Positions 25,401-39,837 of a stretch of 64,000 nucleotides of DNA are shown here, piece after piece. Origin of the DNA: Tubulanus polymorphus (Eukaryota > Animalia > Nemertea); NCBI RefSeq assembly GCF_964204645.1, contig NC_134031.1:18049910-18113909 (forward strand), read 5' to 3'. The translations under genes and the position numbers were made by a program. Each line of letters opens with the position of its first letter. The first letter of the stretch is position 1. The notes beneath the pieces were generated by a model. That model ran no database searches. It was not told where the DNA came from and worked only from the letters and a program-made list of their open reading frames with translations.

Positions 25401-28400
25401 GTGCCCTTTTAACAGACCTGCATAAATAATCCGTTTTATCACTATACTTTTCTCTGTACCTAAGTTTGAGCCCATCTAAAATTGCCCAAGATGTTTCCCA
25501 TTGCAATCCCTATACCGACATTGAGTAGAGGCCAGGTGAGATAGTGTTGAGTTATGAGTGATTTGGGTTATATGAATAGACCTCGGGTTACAATCAATGT
25601 TTGTCAAATAGCTGTAGGTAAAATATTGCTGCCGAGCTTGATAAACACATTAAGCAGGGATCGAAATGCTTAAGCTACAAGAGCTAAGCTAATATCAAGG
25701 CGGGACACGCAGGTGAAGGCGCTGCGCTAGTGCCCGGTACAACGGCTTCATACCACCACAGAACCCACACACCGTTCACCCTGTCATCATCATCATCCAC
25801 AACGATTTCATTGAAAACCGCAACAACATTCATAGAAATCACAGACGCGTCATCTGTGAACCTTACATAACACTCGATCTCAACTTCTGTTTGTGTTCGA
25901 CCTGTTTGTCAAGAACCGGACCCTGATCCACAGTGTTATCAGTTGAACTTAGTTCATTTTTGATCTCAATAATGGGTCCTGGCAACTGTGGAATTGTGGG
26001 GCTGAGTCCTAGTAACTGTGGAACGGGATCCTTAAAATTACAACACTCAGTGTTAGCTAATTTTCAATAAAGAGCAAGAGTAAAATTCCGAGTTCTACAA
26101 TATTTGGTTAAATGTGTATCATCAGATGGTTTAGTTCTTTTTCAAGGTTAAATCTTTACTGACTAACTGTTGAACTGGGTCCTGAGCTGTGGAATTGGAC
26201 AGTGGTTGGACGCAATAAGTAATTTGCAGTTTTCCAGATCCCCATATTTATGATATTGTTATTATTTTTGGCAACTGACCAAGTGTGATGGTCAAACAAA
26301 TTACGACGTCACAACTACAGTCTCTATGAGTCAGTCTACTTTCATTTCGCAGTGGTATTTCAGCATGATGACCACTTCGAAAGTGAAGTAAATGTACGTA
26401 CATGCAGTCTCTGTAGAAGCAATATTGTAGAAAATTCAAGTTTAGATTGTGAGGAGGTTTTTTCTCACCAACATTTTGCAAAAGCTTCCAAACAGAAGCT
26501 GTCAAAAATATTTCACTAATAATCTATCTAACACCTCCTCTCCCCTCTCTCCCTTCTCCCTAACATCTATCATGATTAATGTAACAATGAGAGTTGCTCG
26601 GCCGTACTTGCTGTTTCTAAACATCTTAAATATTTTTAAAAACAAAAATAAACCGTCCTGTAACAAACTTGTTATTTTCATTGTTTGCCGAGTTTGAATT
26701 CAAATACAACTGTTACGTTATTAAGGTTAACGGTTTGTTTCACGCTATCAAATGCAAAAATTTCTTCACAACTTCAAATATTTTACAAATTACTGCGCAA
26801 ATTTTCAAGTGCAACTTCAGATTATTACGACTCAATTCCTCGAACAAATGTGCACATTTAAACTCTTGGAGTCAAAATTAACTGCAAGTTTGGTAACTTT
26901 AGCCTGATTTTGGGTCCGAAACCCAGTTCAGTCCAGAAATTACATATCACGAAACCAGGCTGTTGCTCTTTACCTGACCTTGGATAAAACATATTTCCGC
27001 TCCCACTGGTCGATATTTCAGCTGTATATATCATATTGTTATTGTTTGTTTATAAATGTGGCTACCAGCATTTTTATAAGCCCGATACCTGGCGATCAGA
27101 ACCGCTATAAAAATATCATCGAATCGAAAAAGAATTCGAAATCGGTGTGAGAATATATACCAGATGTGGACGACATATCAGAGAGGGGTTGAGTGAGCTG
27201 GAATGAGCCGTGAGCTCGGCGTTAAAAAACCAGTTCAACAGATCACATTCTTCACAATCAATTAGTCAGGAGTGTTACTGCACTTTATATCGTTATCATA
27301 TCATTTCTAGGATCTAGTTTTCAACAGTTATCAGGTTCAAATAACGGTTGCTATACGTTGGTCCTGGAGAAAAGTTAGACCCACGTAACAGTGGAACTGG
27401 ATTCGGACTTGTAGATTATACCCGGATCCAGAGTCAAAATAAACCCGCAAAACTGTCAAATTGAATTTACACAACTGTGGAACTGGGCTCAGAGTCAGAA
27501 TAAACTGGGGCCTGGTTTTTAATTGAGATTCTCCATGTTCCATAAAGTGATATATTTATACGCCAGTCAGTATAGAATGATTATTAATGACGTCACCCGT
27601 GATGGTGTCGGATGTATCTGTGTCTCGTTTTATTGACTTGAAGTCTTTCGATCAAATAGACTCAGTCGGTTTAACCTTCACATAGATTAACATTCAGTCA
27701 ATAATCCGATATGAAGTAAGAAACTGATTCAAAATACACTTGAAAAAATTGCCTCGTCTTGAGACCCACAAGTCACGGAGTCCGGAGTCAATTGTCGAAC
27801 TCAGATCCAAGATCCGGTTCCACAAGTTCTGATTTTGAGTTATTTCGGTATTAGAATCAGTTGCATTATCCTGTAGAGTCAGATTGCATCAAAGAATATA
27901 TAGAATGTTTCCAGGACCTTGTTCCGCTGTTTTGAACCCAGTTCGACAGTTCAGTATCCAGTTCCACAGTAACAGATACAGTTCCACATTAATCAGATGC
28001 AATTCCACGGTTTTCGTTTATATTTGATTCATATTTTGTTCATTTTCGATGTTTTCAAAGTCTAAACCCTACAAAGTCGGTTTTTAACCGAGACCCGTGG
28101 AACTGGGTTTAGGATTCAGGAATAAAAATCATATTTTGAAAGGAGTGTCATGTAATATGGTAATGGATTGATTGCGTCCTCGTAATGAAGAAAAAACATC
28201 TTATGTTCAACTTGTCGAGCGAAGTCATCGGCACTTTTTCTAATCATTCAACCAGCTACAGTTCAATGACTTGTACGTTGACAGCGGCAAAGACCAGACA
28301 CTACACTCAAACCGTCTCGACTTTCACAAAAACCATCAAAACCCTTTCCTACTTCACTTGATTTTGACATATCTATTATTTTTCATTGACTACTCGATAA

Positions 28401-29879
28401 ACTGCAACATTAGCACATTCTCCTCTCAATTACTGACAATTCAAAACCACTTTACACTCAGTGTAAGACGCTCAGACTACGTATCTACGCATAATATGTG
28501 TTTAGAGTAACATGACTTGTTAACGCAGAAATGAGTGCGCGTCTCGATTAAATTCGATCTTAGTTTGATATCATAACAGTTTTTTGAAGGGTGTATAACA
28601 CAATATTGCGTGTTATACTCGACCGATAGAAAATATCTGAATTTCCAAGTTAATTATTGAAATTCTTACACGCAAGTTTACTAAAAATAATTTGTAAGAT
28701 GATAAACAAGTCAAAACTCGGAGGAAGCTATATTGAATTGTGAATCTAAATGATTCAATTTTGTAAAAAGAAATACCATAATAAGTCGTTTATGACAAGG
28801 GACTCGAACCTGGTTGTGAATCAGGCAGTGACTGTTGAAGGGCTGGTGTAGCACGTTTGAATCATTATTTCTAATCATTATTATACTAATGACTTTAAAT
28901 CATTATTAAATCCCACAATGATAACGAAAAAGAGTTTGTATCACTTCAGATTGCTTTATCAGCCTCTTTGTTCTGGATTGTATATATATTTCATAATTTC
29001 TGGAGTTAAAAACGTTTCATGCCGTATATTTTGTTAGCACGATTTGAATTTCACCCAAGAGTCCAAGTGAACCAACTGTGGGAATAAGATCTACATCGTG
29101 AAGACAATCTATTTATGTATCAGTTCATTTCTAAAACGAAACCGCAATAAATCACTAAAACCATGTTTTTATTATTTCCGTTAGAACTGCGTACTCTGAG
29201 AGACTGCAATATTACATAACAGTTCGGTAACGAACAAAAAAAAAAACGTTATTTCTTGCTTCCGCGATGTTATTCGGTTTTGTGGAGATGTTTTATTTCT
29301 GTTTTATATTGTGCAAATATTTTTGCGGGGGTTATACCTGAAGATAAGGAGCCGACCGTGATATTGCGTGATAAACGCAGTGTGCGTTACGCACGCGGGT
29401 TAGGTCTATATGCAACCGACAAAGTGTTATCAAGGGGCCCTCGACCTCTTATCAGGGCTTATCATGAAGTATGATATCATTAATGTAATATGATGTAAAC
29501 AATAGAATAACGTGTCGACAATAAACGCTTTGTTTAAAATGAATCTGTACTAAAAACTGCTCGAGTTGAGGTTTCGTTCAGATGGTATTCAAGTTTCGTG
29601 AACCCTGCGATTCAGAGATCAAAGGCTTTTGACAAATCACAAACTCGCTTCAGCTTAAGCAATATTCGTGTTACGTATTTTCCAAGGCGACAATAAACTT
29701 TCCAGTTAGTTTTCTTGTTACTTTAGGTCAATATGTATTAAAAGATTTGTGTACTTTTGTATCAACTGTTATGAAAACATTCGCTTGAATTTCCGGCCAT
29801 CTGTAAACATACATGTACCATTTTTGGTCTCTCTTGTAATTTTCTTGCATTACGCTCTAATTGTCATGTAAATGACCTG

Positions 29880-29987
29880 GGTCCAGTTCCACAGTTCTGA
29901 GTTAAGATTTGACTCTGAGTTAGCTAATTGAAAATGAACTAACTTTAACTCAGAGTTAACTCTAACTCAGAACTGTGGAACCGGGTC
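29880..29987. mobile_element. Harbinger-like MITE with CTG TSD
   Basis: ctg|ggtccagttccacagttctgagtta ... taactcagaactgtggaaccgggtc|ctg. Confidence 0.85.
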
Positions 29988-30424
29988 CTGAGTTTATCGT
30001 AAATAAAATAAAGTAAAGTAAATAAAGGTTTTTTTTAATGGATTTCAGATGTATTTTTAAATAATGTGCAAAGTTTACTTTTTATGGTTACTTGCGAGTA
30101 AATGCATCCAAACCAAAATATGCAAAACAAAAAAATATCAAGAATGACATGATCTGTAAAAAGTTCTACCCAGTGACCCCCTTCCTATCATCGCTATATA
30201 ATTACTTTAGTGATGACTATTTTGTTTTCTGGGTTTATTGTTCATAAACGAAATGATAATCAAACAACTATTACATGGCAGATTTATGGAGACAAGCATA
30301 TTTTCTAGATTGCTGTCTTCATGACGAAATAATTAGACGGTAATCTAATGTTGTACTATTACTATGGAATTATGGATGACGCCGTTTTTTTCCTGGACGA
30401 GTCAGTACACTGTATAGATAAGAA

Positions 30425-30815
30425 AATCGTTGGACATTTCGATGATGTCATAGGGGGATTTATGGAAGCTATCATCCTCTTTCAAATTTGGTGACGTCAT
30501 TGGAATCACTGTCAGGGAATCCATGGAAGCAGCCATCTTTTCTCGATGTTCCTACATATGTATCACCTTATGGATTCGGTGAGGTCATGTGGGGATATTC
30601 AACTCATTTCATGATAAATAAATCATTGGACATTCCAATGATGTCATAGGGGGATTTATGTAGTCGGCCATCCTTCCTGGACATATCTATGTCATCTTTT
30701 GGTGATGTCATATGGTGATTAATGGAGCAAGTCCCCGTTCTGGAAGAGTCCATACCGAATCGTTAGGGATTTAGACGATGTCATAGGGTGATTTATGTAG
30801 TTAGCCATGTTTTCT
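30425..30815. repeat. Degenerate cluster of gatgtcataggggatttatg motifs (dispersed repeat family)
   Basis: About 6 diverged copies here; same motif at about 32695 and in reverse complement at 43901-43985. Confidence 0.6.
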
Positions 30816-31143
30816 AGAAGGGTCAGAACTATGTAAAATGCTACAAACCCGAATTCAACTTTTGCCCCCCTTGTTAACTATCAGTAGTTCATACTAAACG
30901 TTGATTGAAGATCGTTGTAACTCGTCTGTGTTGAGAACTGTCTCAAGCAAAACAGTACATGCATTCCCAAGGTGTGTAGGTAAGTATAACTGGGAGGTTT
31001 GAGGCTCTGGGAACTGTTAAACACAATCGTGATGCCCTCCACCTGATTGATTAACGAGTTTTAATCGATATCAAAGGCAAATATTTATCTTTAGAATATC
31101 TTCTAATTTCGCAGATGAAAAATCAAATTCCCATGAAAAAGAT

Positions 31144-31280
31144 TGTTGAGAATCTGGCGAAACCTCCTGGGTCGAACCCGGGTGTCGTACGCGGACGGCT
31201 GGCGTGCTAACCAGTCAACCAAAGGAACTACCGTACTTGTCCATGTTGGCGATTATACAATTTGATATCTTTGTATCACA
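31144..31280 (-). mobile_element. tRNA-derived SINE-like fragment
   Basis: Minus strand has A-box TGGTTGACTGG and B-box GGTTCGACCC at tRNA-like spacing, but the acceptor stem does not pair. The segment is bounded by TGT...ACA without a TSD. Confidence 0.5.
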
Positions 31281-32102
31281 TCGTAGCGGCCATCTTGGAA
31301 AACGTGAGATTTGGATGGAATCATTCGAGACTGCTGGAAGAAATGCAAGTTGCTCGATTCAAGATGGTTTATTTTATCTGAAATTTCGAATCCATAGAAG
31401 CGCATTTGTAAAAAATACCATATCTAAACGGTGCGCGTATTCTGACGTGTATCAAAAACGAATAAGTCATTAGATTCACTCAGAAAACGAATTCGTTAAT
31501 ATTTGCATTGATGCCGCAAACATAGCAACTTCCTGTAATCCAAACTCATTCATTCATCACTTGATTTGATTTTAAGGTTTTTTTCATGTTTCACTTTGCC
31601 ACGAGCTCGTGCAATCTCGTGTTTGTGGTTGGCTCCTTTGTTTCGTAACAGATTTTCAATATCTGTATCTCTCCCTCCTTCCCCTCTCCGTTCCTCCCCT
31701 TCTCTCCTGCCTCTCAATTCTGCAAACAATGGTGTGACAAATTAGACAACAAATATCATTGCATACAAATTTACAATTTCAACCGTGCCACAACTGAGTT
31801 CTTGGAGAAACTGAAATGATTAGTCAACCTGTTTGTACTGCCTGAACATCGAATTGAGAAGCAGGGAACTCAGTAGCGTGCAGACTGCCGGAAATATTTC
31901 ACCGACTTAAGATTCAGGAAAATAGAAGTTTTCTTTCCAAAATAAACTTTAATAAAATCCAGAGATAAGAGTGTCTATCATACTGACATATCTTCAAAAT
32001 ACCGAAATTATTTTCATTGCCTTTTCATAACAATTCCTATCAACATTCTATACCTCACACACGAGTTACAGTTTGTTCCTTATTCTGGGAACTCCCTCCC
32101 CT

Positions 32103-32136
<34 letters not shown>

Positions 32137-35100
32137 GCCCTCCCTCTCTCTCCCTCTGATATTTTCTTATCTGCCGGCAATAAAAACAATGTAACTACAT
32201 CGAGCTTATTATTACTTGCCGATGTTACCTGACAATATAAACTTTGTGTTCAGTTAGTTCTATGTTTGGTAGAATAAGATACAAGACGATTAGGGTTTAC
32301 TGTTTTTCAGATCCAGGGGCCAGTTGCGCCGTCAAGGCTTAGGTTTAACTCCAGTCTATAGCCTATCCAACCTAATTTACCAGCTCGTTTTGCTTCTGCA
32401 GCCAATCTAACAACTAATGACCAGTCTAAGCTCATTTTGGTTCTATAGCCAATCAATCTATCAATTTCAGTCCAGCCTAAGCTGCTTTCGGTTCTAAGGC
32501 CACGAAAAGTCAATGCGCCAATCTAACAACATCACGTCCAGTTTTGAAATCTAAGAACGTCTTTGACATATTTGAACGTTACCGTATATCTGAGCTCTTA
32601 CGTCGTTTTGAAAAAGGTTATTAGAAAATCGCTACTTTTCTGACTCTTCTGTATGGACATCTTCTGTCCGTTTGAAAATTTCAAAAAAGCTTAGGTGTCA
32701 TAGGGGGATTCAACCAGGTGGCGACAATATTCCCTGAAAAGGCCTAGTATATCTGTACGTATGGATGATATCATATTCGCCGATTGGTTCAATTAAACAG
32801 GAAACGTGTTTTTCTAAGGACAGAAATTGCCATAAACAAAAAATGCATAATCAGATTGTAAAGTGTTGAGTAATGTGGAGTGAGTCACTAATGGAAAATT
32901 GAAAAAACGAGATGTATTTGATTTATCTATTTTTTTTTCTAACTTCCAGGACATTAAACTCAAAACGATGCATTTGATTTAACAGTTTTTTTTCTGACAT
33001 TCAGGATGTGGTTCAACGATTCTGAGAACTAAGACTCGATTCAGAGTTAACCGATTGAAAATGAACTAATTTTAACTCTAACTCACAACTGTGGAACTGG
33101 AGATCTTTTATGTTTTCATACTGGAACTGTAGAAATGCAATTTATACCCATTTTAACGTGAGCTGAACTAAGTCAGGTCGCGAGAGATAGGTGACAGTTT
33201 TTAGTGTGAAGAGTATAAGAGTGGTAGTAACAGGTAATAGGCAATGATTCTGTATTCAGATCGGTTTCGATTTACTACGCTATATAAGATTAGCTTAATT
33301 GGAATTCTATTCTACTTAATAGTTTACCATGCTATACGCATTCCCTAGCTAGACTCCCCTCTGCCCCTCCCCTACCCCCATCCCCCCGACCCACCTGGTT
33401 TCATTGACTCGTTGTGAACTACACAGGTGCTGAAATAAACAATGAAATAAATTACTTACGAATTAAATATTAAAGACTGATTATTTTCTGCTCTACATAA
33501 TTTCGACGCATGGCTTCAACTTAACTTAGCCATGTGTATTGTATCGTCCACAACGCGTCATATTGGACGTAAACTATCAGCTTTCACTTCGCCGTTACTT
33601 GGGCAGTTTTAGAGACGGCTTACAATTCCATCAGTGTTGTATGGATAATCACAGTTATAAGTTGTAATGTGGCCCATGCTCGTGAACTTGAACTATTGAC
33701 CAATGATTTAAAGTTTTAAATCATTTCCCCCGCCCTACCACAAGTCGAAGGGGACATGGGGGGGGGGGGCTAGATTCAAGCGAGGCAAACATTTGACCTC
33801 TTTTCCCAGAATGACAATTGAATGCCCTGTTATGTGTTAGGATTAGCAACCGTTTCTACTGGAAATTTCCATACGTATGAGTAGTTAATAAGCGCGGTGA
33901 TTATTGTTCCAGGAAATTCGAACACTAGTCTCTCGCTGATCCGCAGTGGTACTAATTATAACTATGAACGTGGTTTATCACATGAAATCACCAGAAATTC
34001 TTACTATTAACTATAAACCCGATTCTAAGGGCGATATTTAATTGTATGACCAGAAAACTGCAATAATAGTGACGTCATAGTAATATCAGCCTCGAGTGGC
34101 AGTAAAAGGTACTTAGAAAGCTGGTTTTGACGAGCAGTTTCCTGTACTTGCAGGAAATAGGCTTACTGGAAACCAATCGTCAACACCAGTTTTAAGTCAC
34201 GATTGACGGTCACTTGACGGCCAATATGACATGAACAGTACATTTAATGTCCGATATTTCAGCACGGTATCACAATTTATCGATACAAATCACCTGCATT
34301 TCAGTAAATCTAAAAAAAACTCTGATATTTTCTTTCTATCTCATTTCTCTTCGTGTTATGTTGATTATTTACTCCCGAGGGTCGTTACCCTTCAGCCCCC
34401 CTCTTCCAGCTCCCTCCCCACTCCCCTCTCCCCCAGCGCAGACAAACTAATGTACATTTGATAAGATTAAAATCTTGTGTTGTTGTTTCGGCTGCATTTG
34501 CTAAAACATCTCAGACAAAATAGATAGAAACGAAGTTGAACTTATATATAAATGCACCGCACTGCACGCGAGTATTGTACTAGCTATAGAAACAGCCGCG
34601 CGCCCCATTCGATCGATTGAGGACCCGTAGTTACCCGTGACCCTGGCACCCATACTTCTCAAAACAGCTTATTTTCGGAAGGTATCCTAAAGAAACCAGG
34701 TAATGAGCGACCAGTTACTGGGAAAGTAGGACATCCACCTTTATTCTCGCTAGAGATTCTCAGAATATAACCTAATCCACTCCCCTTCACGGCATAGGGT
34801 ATAGGGATTCAATGGATTCTTACAGGATTTAATGATCTATATTTCAGGTCACTCTTCCTCCTCTGCTCGCCGTGTTTCTGTAAGGTATAGCGAGGGTATG
34901 GCTATTTTATTGATTGTGAAACCGTGGGTTTTTTACCGCGTGTATACGGAGTACCGTACATATATAATAGTTTAAGAACCTAATGAACTACTCTCAAATA
35001 ACATAATAAACAACCCTCCTTCCGATATTACACCCACCCCCGACAGTTGCAGTTTCAACCACCACAGTTACAAATTTTATTACCAACTCGTTTCCTCAAA

Positions 35101-35545
35101 CCAGATCTTTTTCAAGGGGATAGAACCGTGACGTCATTGTGTTTCAGAAACGGGTGTAAATGGCTACATTAGACCAGAGCCGAGTTTCGACAAAAAATTA
35201 TCAACTCTTAATAAGCGATTTCAGATAAACGGAATTTTAATGAAGAAATTAAATCAATAGGTAAAATCAGTAGATGATGAAATTGGGCCAATGAGAGTGC
35301 CGAGAACTGGCGGAACCTTCCCCTAAACCCAGTTCCCAGTTAATGGTTGGCTAAATTTGTTCATATTCCAATATCTAACTGTGTTTCTACCGAAAACTGT
35401 GTGGAACTTGATACAGAACTGTGGAACTGGAAAATGAACTTTAGAACCGTGTCCTCTATTTGTCGATAGGTAATTCGTTGAAAAGTAAAATTTGATTGAA
35501 TTATATTTTTTCACAGATGATGCAGCAGCGGTTGGTTGAGACATT

Positions 35546-38500
35546 ATGGGCTGTTTCACAGTAATCAGAGCCTTACTCGTTCGTATCCTATTCGCCCTCC
35601 ACGGAGTGCTGGCAATATGGCGTCTAAACGTGGCCGCCAAGGACATCAGATATTGGTACCTATCACTGGCAATAGGGGGCCTCTTCATCGAAACGCTGGT
35701 GACGCTGTGCAAGAAGAGAGGCCAGGAATGGAAATGGTCAGTATACCGATCAGGTTCCAAAAGTTTTTGAGAAATCAGGGGCTAAAATTCAGGAAAGTTT
35801 TCTAAGCCTGGTTGGATGCAGAGTCATTAGCGTTGTAAGGTTGTATATACAGCAGCTGAATAGGTCTAGATAGTTTCCGTACAATATGTTTGTTTTACGT
35901 ATAACCAGTCTAACGTATTAAGACCATTTTTGGTCGGATTTTGTTTATTTCTGATGATCGTATTTCGTCTGAATTCAGGTTTTGTCCCAGTGTACTGTTC
36001 TATCTGCTCAGCGTCGTGCCCGCAATTTGGTTCCTAGAGTTAATCGAACTCGACAAACGCATCAGAAACCTGAAAAACGGACTGAACAATACGGACGGCG
36101 ACATGAACAAAACCGAATCACCGGAACTTCTGTCGGCCGTCATCAAAACAGATATAGGGGTAAGACAAACGGGCGCAGACGGCGGAATATAAGGTTTCCG
36201 TGTTTTGACCGCAGACAATCAGTCGTAGATTATTCTAGAAAATCGTTACCAAAAAGATGAGCACAGCATAGTTACTTTTAATTTTTTTCGTATCATCGGA
36301 TTGGTCGGCAAAATTAGATTAATCCTTCTGGATAGATCGTTCTAGAGTGTCTGCACTTGAAAAGAAATAACCGCAATATGGTTTCAGAATTTGGGTGAAA
36401 TTATCTCCATAATTATATTTAAAGCATTTTGCAAGAAGGCTCCTGAAAATTGAGAAATGACAAATAACCACAATATGGTTTCAGTCTTGGTCGGTTTGTT
36501 CAGTTAAATTATATTAGAGCTTTTAGAGGAACATTCTAGAAAGTCTAGATGAAGCAAGAATACGATATGGTTTCAAATTTTAGCGTTTGGGCTTTCTTCG
36601 TATCAAAGATAAAATGTTTTACGAAATCAAGTTTTATAAAGACAGAAATTAATGTCATTAAATGGCGCAGAGTTTAACTGATATGATAATGTAAAATCAC
36701 AATCTGAGATTTAAAAAAGTCTTAAAAAGTTAAAATAAATCTATTCGACTTCATCTTCGTCAGTTATCTTCAAGAAAACTGGAATATAGGGAGAGTACGT
36801 AAGGACTAGTAGCTTTACGTACATATTCAGAAGATGACTAGGCTATAGTTGTAATGTAGAATGAACTGCTAGCTCAAGCAATCACTTTTTATTCTGGTGT
36901 GATTTTATATCATCTTAAAACACGGACTCGGGTGTTTAGCTATAATGTGAATAGCATTAGTATTTTTGAAGATGACTATTAGGATATAATCAAAATGTCA
37001 AATAATCTCTTAGCTCAAGGAATCATTTCGGACTCTTTATTCTTGTGAGATTTTATATCATCTTTACAACACGGACTCATTATGTTTCTTCAATACTTAG
37101 GCTAAACAGAAAATGATACCTTGTTTCTCCGTAGCGGCCGGGTCATTTTTGTGAAAAATAATGAAATAAGTAATTTAGCTGCTGGATCTGTTATGGTAAA
37201 ATAAATCACGATTTAAAAAAAAGTAATGTACAGGGTAGATCAGCGGCCGGCCGGTGGGTCAACTTTTAAGCTCAACAGAAATGAGAAACGAGGTATCAAT
37301 CTTTTTTAGCCTTATTCTACGTTCTTAAATGTATCACTGATTTCTACCACCCTAACATTACTCTGTTCTCCGATTTTAAACGTATATTTTATTGGTCGTA
37401 TTTTTTTCACTCTTCTTTACAGTGGAAGTTAACGATACGTATTCCTATTCTGTTATCTTCAAACCAATGGATCAAAACTCTAGAGCAGGTAAATAAATAC
37501 TAAACATCGTTATCTAAACCTCGACAGCGGCTCAGCTTCAACAAATAAATTGATCTCAACCGATTTTTTTCAATCCCTTCTTACATTCCGGGCTGGGACT
37601 TTTTCAGCGTGAATAAAAATAATCATTTTTTAAATTATCTTTATTCACCGCAGTAAACGTAGATTGTTGTATCCAGCAGTAGCAACAACTTGATGAAAAT
37701 ATTTTACATTCATGTTTTTTTTTCTGAGGGACAGGAGCGCGTCCATAGTGAGATTTAACAGCCTTTGTGGCTATGTTCAAACTCCTATCATCAGTTCTCT
37801 TGAAATCTTTTTAAATTGATTTTTATGTAATACGTATTTTCATTATTCTTTAAAACTGGGGCTTAGTGCGGACTATAGCATATTAGATGACGATTCCCGG
37901 GACAAGGGGCCCAATGATTCCCCATACAACAAAGTCCCTGGTGGTCTGGCCCCATAGAGGATCCCACCACAGTTACCTGATACTGATACACACGTACATT
38001 CAACACAGCCCCATGTCGACGAACTCGACGAATTTGATTCGCTTTAAACTCTTCTGTTATTTCAGGTTTTGCTGCTCTTGTTAATAATCGGAAGATGGCT
38101 TCTACCGAAAGGTACGTCACTGAACACTTTAAATTGTATTGTGTCGCATAATGCTCACATGTCGTACGAAAACGTTCCGTATTTGAAAAAAAAATCGACG
38201 TTTAGGGCCTATTTCGAGTTAGCTTACCCTGAACGAATCTCTAATGAATATGTCTGTTTCCTAACACGCGTGATAGTTTATTCTGGGGCTAGTTCCATAG
38301 TCATGGCTTAGACTTAAAGTCTAAGACCATCTTAGTTCAATAACCAATCTAACAATTTAAGACTAGTCTCAACTATGGAACTGGTCCCTGATGATTTTCT
38401 CCGATTATTTTCAGGTAAACTGACGCATGATCAACTTTCTCAGTTATTACTAGTGTATATCGGAACGGCTGCCGATATCGTTGAGTTCTTTGACGCTTTC

Positions 38501-39837
38501 AAAGAGGAAAAAGTACGTTCAAAATCCGTTCAACATTTCTATTGATTCAGGGCCGTGCATGCAGTCAAGTCGCGCAGTCATGACGTGGTCTTAAATCTTA
38601 AGACTATTATATTGGTTAAAGACGATGAGCTTAGACTGATCGGAAATTGTGTTGGATTAATGATCTAGACTGGTATTTTGTCGATTCGAACCAATTCGGT
38701 CTTACGTAGATTTTGGTGTAAAATCGAAGCCATGACTGTGCAACTGGTCCCTGCATTTCATCACTACAATACCGGTATATATGAAAATTCTATATGTTTT
38801 ATATTTCACAGGTTCGCTACAATCGGAAGCTATGTACGATAATTCTAGCGATTTGGTCTTGGAGTTTGTTACAATTCACGATGGTCTTAACAGCTACGCG
38901 AGCCCGAAAGGACCAATCAGGGTTAATCAATCGCGTTGGCGATGATAAAAACAAAGCCTGCTGCACCCCAGACGTGTATGGCATCGTTATTTCCATTTTC
39001 ATGCAAGATGCTCCGTTTCTAGTCCTACGTCTGTTGCTGATATTCAAATACGAAGTGGTCAGTTATACGAATATGTTTTTCACGTCGAAAAATACGTTAG
39101 TGATAATACTGTTAGTTTACAGATTGATAGTAGTGCAGTGTACACTGCGAAAACAGTACAAAAAACAACAGCGCGAAGCTCGAGGCGAAATCGATCCTAA
39201 AGAGAGGAAGAAAAAGAAGAATATTCGATTAAAAGAGAGTTCTAGTCGTCAGAAACTGATACACAGCTACAGTTTGAACGACGCGGTCGCGGTCGGCTCC
39301 AAAAACGCGTCCAAATCTCCGAACGGTATCAAGAAAAACTCACGTAGCTACAACGGCAAAAATAACGGAAACATCCGATACCTTCCGAAGAAAACTTCGG
39401 CGCCGTCGTCGCGTTACGACGAGTTACGAGTTCTCCCGAGGCGGAGTCGGAACCGTCGATACGGTTACCCGAATGATCGCGATTCGTGTTATATCGTTTC
39501 GGAAACTGGATCGGACCGGTTGGATAGGCGAAATATGCGAAAGTCGGACTCGGCTGTGAACCGGATGGGTCATTATCCTCACAACTTCGATCGCTTTTAC
39601 ACTCCACAATCAACGCCCCCTGTTGACCATTTTCAAACGCCCGCTACCTCACCGCGTCTTTCCCGTTCCGATCTATGGCGGAATGCTCCGACGTCATCCG
39701 GACCGTCGGAGCGCAGGTTTCCTCCGGATCCGTATGATAATCCTCACAGAACCGATAAACAACCGAGTCGTTTACGACCTCAGAGTGTTAACGTGTCCGA
39801 CCCGTGGACCAGTAGGAGGGCGCTATTTGACCGGTAG
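35546..39837 (+). CDS. TMEM26: Transmembrane protein 26 with a long basic/disordered C-terminal tail
   Basis: Exons 35546-35736, 35979-36159, 37423-37488, 38066-38111, 38415-38512 and 38812-39837 splice in frame. Motifs ALLVRILFALHG, EWKWFCPSVLFYL, IIGRWLLPKG, QLSQLLLVYIGTAADIVEF, QDAPFLVLRL, FFTSKN. Confidence 0.93.
36820..37080 (+). repeat. Two ~138-bp diverged units containing decayed hammerhead-like motifs (intron of TMEM26)
   Basis: gaagatgacta at 36830 and 36968; shared tagctcaag..tttattct..gattttatatcatctt..acacggactc; homologous to 60090-60204 on the minus strand. Confidence 0.6.
37100..37311. mobile_element. MITE with TTA TSD
   Basis: tta|ggctaaacagaaaatgataccttgtttctc ... gagaaacgaggtatcaatcttttttagcc|tta. 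Confidence 0.75.
38286..38387. mobile_element. Harbinger-like MITE with CTG TSD
   Basis: ctg|gggctagttccatagt ... actatggaactggtcc|ctg. Related degraded copies near 32313-32550, 38548-38753, 45775-45990 and 48350-48720. Confidence 0.8.

Noticed and set aside
31160-31230. Functional tRNA gene
   Set aside because: A and B boxes are present but the acceptor and anticodon stems do not pair; treated as a SINE-like fragment.
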